Shown piece after piece: positions 28,222-34,755 of a stretch of DNA of 34,755 nucleotides. Each line of letters starts with the position of its first letter. The first letter of the stretch is position 1. The stretch spans positions 1 through 34,755 of the forward strand of contig JAIFNC010000284.1 in assembly GCA_020047935.1 (NCBI GenBank). Reading direction: 5' to 3'. A program made the position numbers and the translations under genes. The notes beneath the pieces were generated by a model that was given only the letters and a program-made list of their open reading frames with translations, searched no databases and had not been told where the DNA came from. Source of the stretch: Bacteroidota bacterium (GTDB lineage Bacteria > Bacteroidota > Bacteroidia > Bacteroidales > JAIFNC01).

Positions 28222-28608
28222 ATGGAAACTATTAAAATAGCCGGAAATAGAGTGCTTCCCGATATTTATTTCGATGCGGTCAAGAATTCATTTCTGGTGG
28301 CCGGACGCTCATGCCCCGAAGATGTATCGAAATTTTACATGCCTCTAATTGAATGGTTGGAGGAATACGGAAAAAATCCGAACCCTAAAACCGTATTTGA
28401 TTTCAAACTTACTTACTACAATACGGCTTCGGCTAAAATGCTGCTTTCGCTTATGCAAAAAATAGAAGAAATGCATACCGAGGGTAAAGATGTTTTGATT
28501 CGTTGGTATTTTCCGGACGATGATGAAGATTTGGAAGAAGCCGGTGAAGATTTTAAGGATATTTTGGAAGTTCCTTTCGAACTTATAAGCTACGAATACG
28601 AAGATTAA
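28222..28608 (+). CDS. siaC: SiaC family regulatory phosphoprotein (DUF1987), copy 2
   Basis: GRSCPED..KFY.P, YYNTASAK (Thr68) and WYFPDDDEDLEEAGEDF; starts 25 nt after the phosphatase stop. Confidence 0.9.
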   Translation: METIKIAGNRVLPDIYFDAVKNSFLVAGRSCPEDVSKFYMPLIEWLEEYGKNPNPKTVFDFKLTYYNTASAKMLLSLMQKIEEMHTEGKDVLIRWYFPDDDEDLEEAGEDFKDILEVPFELISYEYED

Positions 28609-28657
28609 ACCCGAGATTTTAAAAACTAAAATATTTTAAAAAAAGTACTGAAAATAT

Positions 28658-28688
28658 TTTGTAATTAAAATTAAATTCCGTACTTTTG
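28658..28688 (+). promoter_or_regulatory. Consensus Bacteroidota promoter of tRNA-Lys
   Basis: TTTG (28658-28661), 19-nt spacer, TACTTTTG (28681-28688). Confidence 0.75.
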
Positions 28689-28701
28689 CACTCCGAAAAA
28701 C

Positions 28702-28774
28702 GATACGTTAGCTCAGTCGGTAGAGCATTTGCCTTTTAAGCAAGGGGTCCCGAGTTCGAATCTCGGACGTGTCA
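28702..28774 (+). tRNA. tRNA-Lys (anticodon UUU), CCA not encoded
   Basis: Cloverleaf: GATACGT/ACGTGTC acceptor, GCTC/GAGC D-arm, TTTGC-CTTTTAA-GCAAG anticodon arm and CCGAG-TTCGAAT-CTCGG T-arm; 73 nt. Confidence 0.97.
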
Positions 28775-28775
28775 C

Positions 28776-28806
28776 AAAAAAGCGAACTTCACGGTTCGCT
28801 TTTTTT
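28776..28806 (+). terminator. Terminator after tRNA-Lys
   Basis: AAAAAAGCGAAC-TTCACG-GTTCGC-T7. Confidence 0.9.
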
Positions 28807-28945
28807 GTTTCTATTGCCACCAAAATGTGCAAATCAAATTTATTGCTTTTTGAATGCTTAAATGGAAAAATTGCCGTTTACTATTTTACTGAAAAAGGAT
28901 TTCTATTGAAGAAAAATCTGTTTTTTAATCAATAAAAAGAATAGT

Positions 28946-31180
28946 ATGAAAACACGATTAGCAATTTTAGCATTTTCTCTCTTTTTTTCCGGTCTTGCAA
29001 CAATTTTTGCGCAAGAAAGGGTGTACTTATATTTCAGAATTGAAAATGAAAAGCGAATTCCGCTTTCGGGCATAAAAATAAGTGTAACTGAAGACCCCGG
29101 AGGAAAAGAAAGTTACGCTTTTTCCAACAGTTCGGGTATGGCTGAGTTTTTTGTGCCACGAGGCAAACTCTATAAAGTTACCGCCAATAATATTGAGCAA
29201 ACATCGGTTCAAGCACCCGATGAAGGATTAAGTTACGTAAACAGAACCATTGTGCTGCCGGGTATGTTGGCCGATGTAACCATGTTGCCCGATACCATCG
29301 TACAAAAGCTGCCGTATAATGCAAAAAAAACGACAACCGAAGTGCTTTGCAAGTTTAATTTGGTAACCTTAAACAATGTTCGGTTGCCCAATGTTTCCAT
29401 GAGCTTGTATTCGGTGCGAAACCGAAAAGTGTATAAAGCTTTTTCCGACGACCAAGGCATTGTACGACTGCTTGTTGAGCCCGGTGATTATAGCGTTAGC
29501 GTTGAACAATTACGCGACTACATGAATTATACCGTGCAATTTACCGAAGAAATGGGTTTTACCAAAATTTTACGTTTCGAACTGACAAATGTTAAAGAAA
29601 CCATGAATAACGATACCATTACGCAGCAATTGCCCGAATATCCTAAGCCATCGTCGGCAAGGGTTATGCTCGGAATTACGGTTCGCGACCGACAAGAGCG
29701 TTTGCTGCCCAACGAAAACGTGTTTTTGAATGTTATTGAAACCGGCAAAGTTTACAAATCGGTTACCGACCGGTACGGGAAAGTGAACTTTTTGCTGCCC
29801 AAAGGGTTCCGATATCAATTGAATTTAACTTACGAACGCGATTTGTATGTGTATGATTGGCCGCGTATACAAAGTATGCATACCACCCGTTCGGATGTTG
29901 CCTATATGGGTACCGAAAATATTCGAACTTTTTACACCACTACAAAACGCGATAGCAAAGGCTTTTTGACCGAATTTATGCAAGTGCCCATAAAACCTGC
30001 CAAAAATAATTCGAAAAAGGTAACTAAAAGTTATGGTTACGACCTTGAGTTTAGCTCGCAGTCGCCGGTTTGCACGCCGTTGGTTACCGAAACCAATATA
30101 TTTAGCGGCGGCGGGTTTTATTCCAGCGAATTTTATTGTTTCGATAAAGCCGGCGCATTTAAGTGGGCTGTAAACTTGGGCGAAAACGGCCCGTCGGCTG
30201 CTATGTTCGAAGGGGGCATTGTGTTGGTTATTTCGCAATCGTGCACCCTATACGCAATTGATGCCGAAACCGGAGTTTTGGCTTGGTCTAAATGGTTGGG
30301 GCCTAATATTTACCATTCGCCCAGTGTTGCCAACGGTAAAGTGTATGTAGTTTACCCCAACGACCTGAGGTCGCATAATACACGCAGTCCGAACGCTTAT
30401 GTAGCGGCTTGTTTCGACCTTAAAACCGGCAATGTGGTGTGGCAAAACAGTATAGATTCCGAAGTATTGGCGGCACCGGTAATTGCTAAAAATGGGGTGT
30501 TTTATACGACTCATTCCGGCATGTTGTACCATTTTAATGCAACCGATGGCACACTAATAACAAGTGCAAATGCCAAAGCAATTTGTCCGCCAACCATAAA
30601 TGGAAATAGTTTGTACGTTTCGATACGCGGCATAACCAACGAAAGCCGACTAATTGCCCGATACGATATCAAGGATTTTAGCAAAGCACCGTTTATTTAT
30701 TCGAATTTCAAAGGAAAGGCCTATTTTGGGGCTTCTACCGATATGGGAGCACATCAGTTAATGAGTGCCAACGACGCTTCGATTTTAAACATTAGTAACC
30801 AAAATGTAACTGTAATAGGAGGCAGGCTGGTGTGTTTTGATGCTACTACCGGTGCCGAAAAATGGGCGCATAAGTTTGAAACTGAAACCGGCGAAGGTAT
30901 TGCTTTGGCTTCCGCTGCCATGCCTGCCTATGCCGGCGGACACATAATTACTGCCGGACGATTAGGCAAAGTGCTAATTCATAATGTTGCCACCGGGAAA
31001 TTAATTAAAGAATTTATTACCAATCAGGCACTCAACTTTCAGCCGGTGGTAAACGATGGTAAAATTTACGTTTCAGGCGCCGATGGCAGACTGGTTTGCA
31101 TAAATACTTTCGATAAAAAACTTACCGGCTGGTCCGGTATGGGGGGCAATAATGGCAGGAATGCAGCTATTGAAAATTAA
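28946..31180 (+). CDS. Secreted protein with three tandem transthyretin/carboxypeptidase-regulatory-like domains and a PQQ/BamB-like beta-propeller
   Basis: Signal peptide, three N-terminal repeats ('L.....V.......K.Y...S/TD..G...FL.P.G..Y.V'), and C-terminal repeats 'YAIDAETG...W', 'CFDLKTG.VVW', 'CFDATTG.EKW'. Confidence 0.8.
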   Translation: MKTRLAILAFSLFFSGLATIFAQERVYLYFRIENEKRIPLSGIKISVTEDPGGKESYAFSNSSGMAEFFVPRGKLYKVTANNIEQTSVQAPDEGLSYVNRTIVLPGMLADVTMLPDTIVQKLPYNAKKTTTEVLCKFNLVTLNNVRLPNVSMSLYSVRNRKVYKAFSDDQGIVRLLVEPGDYSVSVEQLRDYMNYTVQFTEEMGFTKILRFELTNVKETMNNDTITQQLPEYPKPSSARVMLGITVRDRQERLLPNENVFLNVIETGKVYKSVTDRYGKVNFLLPKGFRYQLNLTYERDLYVYDWPRIQSMHTTRSDVAYMGTENIRTFYTTTKRDSKGFLTEFMQVPIKPAKNNSKKVTKSYGYDLEFSSQSPVCTPLVTETNIFSGGGFYSSEFYCFDKAGAFKWAVNLGENGPSAAMFEGGIVLVISQSCTLYAIDAETGVLAWSKWLGPNIYHSPSVANGKVYVVYPNDLRSHNTRSPNAYVAACFDLKTGNVVWQNSIDSEVLAAPVIAKNGVFYTTHSGMLYHFNATDGTLITSANAKAICPPTINGNSLYVSIRGITNESRLIARYDIKDFSKAPFIYSNFKGKAYFGASTDMGAHQLMSANDASILNISNQNVTVIGGRLVCFDATTGAEKWAHKFETETGEGIALASAAMPAYAGGHIITAGRLGKVLIHNVATGKLIKEFITNQALNFQPVVNDGKIYVSGADGRLVCINTFDKKLTGWSGMGGNNGRNAAIEN

Positions 31181-31815
31181 ACGTAAGTATAATATTTAAT
31201 AATTGAAGTTTTGCTGTAAAAAGTTAAATTTAGCTTTACTAAAATAACCGTATTTGCAGCAAAATTTCTTTTTTATTGTTCAATTTGTATTTGTTTTAAC
31301 TTAAATAATTACTTTCAATAAGTTATGTATATATTTAAAATACAATAAGTTGTGAATTTAGTTTATTAAAATAAAGAAAAAGACTTTCATGTCTTTATTT
31401 AATTGTAATTCAAAGTTGCTAATAGGAATGTTATAATTTAAAATAAGTTGAAAGTTCGGTTATTTTTGTAAATTTGATTCTTTACTTGATATGAAGTACT
31501 TTAAATAGTTGAAAAACAATATATTGTAGCTTTGTGTTGGTGTTATATTACAAACTGTATAATATTTTTAATTGATTATATATTAGTAAGTTAATAGATT
31601 TTGAGTCCAATAAGAGGACTGTAGTATATTTTATGTAAATTAGGGTACATCAAACGGTGTAAATCTTTGATTTAAAATGCGTTTTGTATTGAAAAGAAAT
31701 GCAATGCATGCTTTGCAATATATCGAAGAAATGTGTGCATCCTTAAATTCACTCTTTCTTTTTAAAGCCTTATTCAACCAATTAATGGTATAAATCATAC
31801 TAATTCAGTTATTAC

Positions 31816-31880
31816 CATATAGGCACCAAGTAAACGTAATTTTTCAATTATTTGTTTACTAAGTGCCTATGTGTTATTTT
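31816..31880. terminator. Long hairpin at the right end of the AT-rich convergent intergenic region
   Basis: CATATAGGCACCAAGTAAAC / GTTTACTAAGTGCCTATGTG (17/20) plus inner TAATT/AATTA stem. Confidence 0.55.
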
Positions 31881-31909
31881 ATAAATGAAAACAGAAGTGC
31901 TTTCTCAAA

Positions 31910-34129
31910 TTATATTGCAGCGTTTTCTTTACCTCCTTTAAGCTCTCCTTTACGCCATCGTTCCGTTTCTATTTTGTTGCCATTTTCATCAAAATACTTC
32001 CATCTGCCGGTTTTCATTCCGTTTCTATATTCGGCTTCAATTTTTACGGCGCCGGTTTCAAAATAGAAAAATCCTTCCTTGTGTTTTGCGCCGTCCTTGT
32101 AGTTAAATTCGGCTTTGCGTGCACCGGCAGGATAAAATTCTTTGTAAGCTCCTTCCAATACGCCTTTGCTGTAAGTGGCAGTTGCTAAGCGTTTTTCGCT
32201 TGGATCGTCGTAATAAAATACGGTTTCGCCTTCTGCAAGGTCGTTTTCGAAATTAACGGTATAAAATAATACCCCCGACGGATAGTAGCCGCGCGCCAAA
32301 CCGCTCAATTTGCCTGCTTTAACAAACCCTTCGAACCGTGTAAACCCTTCTGTGTATTTAATTTCGAAGCGTCCGTCGGTTTTAACCGAATCGGTATAAA
32401 CGTTTAATCCTAAATTTTCCACCGTATCGGCAAATAGGGCTGCCGATGCACTGTCGGTATAGTTTTCAATACTTTCCAGTACTAAGGCTTCTTCATTAAA
32501 TCCGGCTGCCAAAGTATTGGTAAAACTGCCTTTTTTAGCTTTAAGTGAAAAACCTATTTGCGAAAAACTTAGAATAGTTTCTTTATTTTTTTCAAGTGCC
32601 AATTTATTTTCTAAATTCATGAAATTCTGCATATTATCGTACATTTTAGGCATCTGTACAAAAAAACAAATATTGGTTTCGGGTTCAAAATTTTCCTTAA
32701 ATTGAAGAAACGATTCCTTTTTTGCCAAGGTTTTGCCTTTTATATAATCGTCCAAAAAGTTTTCCAACGCCAATTGCGAATTGCTGAAAACCATAAAGTC
32801 TTCAACCGAAGTAAAATACGGTTTTTCAAGTTTATCGAACAGTTTTCCGAAAAACATACGGAAAAATCCTTTAATTTCCAAATATTTTATGTCGAAGTTG
32901 TTGTAGGTTACCGTTTTGAATTTAACCGGCGTGCGCTTGTTTACCTGCGAAGTTAAATGGTCGAGTCCTTGCATTGCCGTATCGATGTTTTTGGTATGAA
33001 TAATAGCAATAACGTCTTCAATTCTGGCTTTTTCGTTGGGTTGAAGTTTAACAAATGCAATTTCGTTGCCTATCCAACTAAAAAAGTCTTTCTGCAAATC
33101 GACTCCCAAAAGGCTTTCTAATTTGGTAATATTTTTGGCATAATCCGAAAAATCATCGCCCATACTGTTAGATGCTTGAGCCAGCAGAATTTCCTGAAAA
33201 TCGCTGTAATTCTTGAAACATATAGCATTATAAAACGCTGCTTTGTCCGAAATTATATTGTACGCCGTAAATTCGGCAGGTTCGGTATGTGCCAAAGCTT
33301 TTATAAATGAAGATGTACTGTCGATGCTCGAAATACCCGAAAAATTTAGGGTTTCGTCGGTAATATCTATCATAAAACCCGAAACCATAAGTGCCGATGC
33401 AATGGTTTGCGCCATTTCAACATCCGAACCGGTAAAGGTGCGAATAAATTTGGGCAATTCTTTATAGTTGAAGTAGAAATTGAATAATCGTTTATCTCTT
33501 ACTTCTTCGGTAATTTGGGTAAAGTTTTTGTTCGAATTCCAAACATCGTTGGTTTTTCCGTCAATTATATTTTCGAGCAGGCTGCCATTTAGGCTACCCG
33601 CCAGCAAATTATCGATAATGGTAAGGTAAATTACGGTTGACCGGTCGGCTTTGTCGGTAAGCTGAAGTACTACATTGCCATTATAATCCGATTCTTGAAC
33701 CTCGTAGCCTGCCATGCCGGCAAATTCGGAAAGAAATGGCATATTTGCAATTTCTTCAACATCAATAACAAAGGCAAAATCCCAATCGACACCCGAAATC
33801 ATATGAGTTGATACAAGCAATCGGCGGTTTTTTAATAAGATATCGGCAGCCGCATTGTTTTTCAAAAAGCTGTTCACTGTTTCCAAGGTGCTGTTTAAGT
33901 CTTTGAAATATTCGTTTTTAACCAAGCCTTTCCAAATCTTGTTTTCGCTTAACGACGACCAAGCTTGCGTTAAATTTTCGGTTTCGATAATAAAAATAGC
34001 ATTTTCGGGTATGATGCTAAAAGCATCGCGTTTATTTGTGCTTTTAATTTTGGTATAGGCATAATAACCGCCGGCGCCGAGCCCGCCCAAAATTGCAATG
34101 CCGAGTAAAATTTTAAGAAATAATTTCAT
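31910..34129 (-). CDS. Membrane-anchored DUF3352-like protein with C-terminal MORN-variant (YwqK-like) repeats
   Basis: N-terminal TM anchor (KILLGIAILGGLGAGGYY), 'IPENAIFIIE', 'FFSWIGNEIA', and C-terminal repeats G...GYYPSG, G.YKEFYPAG, G.WKYFDENG. ATG 34129 is preferred over TTG 34153. Confidence 0.7.
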   Translation of the reverse strand: MKLFLKILLGIAILGGLGAGGYYAYTKIKSTNKRDAFSIIPENAIFIIETENLTQAWSSLSENKIWKGLVKNEYFKDLNSTLETVNSFLKNNAAADILLKNRRLLVSTHMISGVDWDFAFVIDVEEIANMPFLSEFAGMAGYEVQESDYNGNVVLQLTDKADRSTVIYLTIIDNLLAGSLNGSLLENIIDGKTNDVWNSNKNFTQITEEVRDKRLFNFYFNYKELPKFIRTFTGSDVEMAQTIASALMVSGFMIDITDETLNFSGISSIDSTSSFIKALAHTEPAEFTAYNIISDKAAFYNAICFKNYSDFQEILLAQASNSMGDDFSDYAKNITKLESLLGVDLQKDFFSWIGNEIAFVKLQPNEKARIEDVIAIIHTKNIDTAMQGLDHLTSQVNKRTPVKFKTVTYNNFDIKYLEIKGFFRMFFGKLFDKLEKPYFTSVEDFMVFSNSQLALENFLDDYIKGKTLAKKESFLQFKENFEPETNICFFVQMPKMYDNMQNFMNLENKLALEKNKETILSFSQIGFSLKAKKGSFTNTLAAGFNEEALVLESIENYTDSASAALFADTVENLGLNVYTDSVKTDGRFEIKYTEGFTRFEGFVKAGKLSGLARGYYPSGVLFYTVNFENDLAEGETVFYYDDPSEKRLATATYSKGVLEGAYKEFYPAGARKAEFNYKDGAKHKEGFFYFETGAVKIEAEYRNGMKTGRWKYFDENGNKIETERWRKGELKGGKENAAI

Positions 34130-34397
34130 TATTATAGGTATTAATGTTGGCAAAATGAACCGTTTAAAGGTAGTTTTCAGAAATAATTACCGGGTATTAG
34201 CATTTATTTCAAATTAAAAAACATCCCAAAACTGGTATTCAGACTTTAAAAGTACTAAATTTTCTGCAAAATCGAAAAATATTTTACAAACTTATTAAAA
34301 AAATGATATTTTTGTGCTTTTTTCAAATTCATGAGTTTTCTCACAAAATTTAAGTTTGAAAAGATTTATATTTACCATTATTTAAAATGCCCAAATC

Positions 34398-34755
34398 ATG
34401 AACATTATAAGCAACTATAATTTGAAGGAGCTTACAAGCTTTAACGTTGATTGTAACGCTGCTAAGTATATTGAATTTAACAACGAATTTGAACTAAGAA
34501 CTACGCTGGCAACCGAAGAATTTCAGGATTTTTTTCATACCAACTCGCATTTTGTTTTGGGCGATGGGAGTAATGTATTGTTTACTAAGGATTTTCCCGG
34601 TTTGGTAATTAGAGCTAATATTAAGCACATAAATGTAGTAAAAACCACAGACAAGCATGTGTACGTTGAAGCCGGTGCCGGAGTTTTATGGGACGATTTT
34701 GTTGCCTTTGTGGTAGGAAAAGGTTGGTTTGGTGCCGAAAATTTATCGCTAATTC
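34398..34755 (+). CDS. murB: UDP-N-acetylenolpyruvoylglucosamine reductase (5' part; runs off the window)
   Basis: MNIISNYNLKELTSFNVD...FVLGDGSNVLFTKDFPGLVI...VEAGAGVLWDDFVAFVVGKGWFGAENLSLI, matching the MurB FAD-binding N-terminus. Confidence 0.93.
   Translation, partial: MNIISNYNLKELTSFNVDCNAAKYIEFNNEFELRTTLATEEFQDFFHTNSHFVLGDGSNVLFTKDFPGLVIRANIKHINVVKTTDKHVYVEAGAGVLWDDFVAFVVGKGWFGAENLSLI

Noticed and set aside
28729-28935. 68-aa ORF in the six-frame track
   Set aside because: It overlaps tRNA-Lys and its terminator, so it is a shadow ORF.
28702-31909. Possible genomic island integrated at tRNA-Lys
   Set aside because: No integrase is present, and I found no duplicated tRNA 3' end (attR) downstream in the window.
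31863-32400. Toxin-antitoxin pair suggested by YwqK-like repeats and the 67-aa + strand ORF
   Set aside because: The 67-aa ORF is an antisense shadow, and no toxin domain is seen nearby.

Overview
Chromosomal window from an AT-rich Bacteroidota (probably Bacteroidales) genome, inferred from TAnnTTTG -7 promoter elements, the lack of Shine-Dalgarno motifs and the protein families present. Housekeeping and proteolysis genes: slyD, a GT2, a DPP-IV-like S9B peptidase, an RlmL-like THUMP methyltransferase, a TlpA thioredoxin, glyA, S8 and M18 peptidases, tRNA-Lys(UUU) and partial murB. Three accessory modules stand out. (1) A split Sia-type threonine-phosphorylation switch: siaB-like kinase plus siaC at 9.1-10.1 kb, and a beta-propeller/Y_Y_Y/PP2C sensor phosphatase plus a second siaC at 24.9-28.6 kb. 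Both SiaC proteins keep Thr68, and there is no SiaD diguanylate cyclase in the window. (2) A three-gene cluster converging on siaBC: a lipoprotein, a small secreted protein, and a 1017-aa ABCG/White-like half-transporter with TerB-like and degenerate FHA-like N-terminal domains. (3) An arsR-less arsenic/thiol-redox cluster (ArsG-like, divergent P5CR-like, membrane thioredoxin, ArsP-like) with two related operator-like palindromes and an inserted REP-doublet inverted repeat. No CRISPR array, transposase, integrase or rRNA was seen. All family assignments come from motif recognition by eye; no database searches were run.
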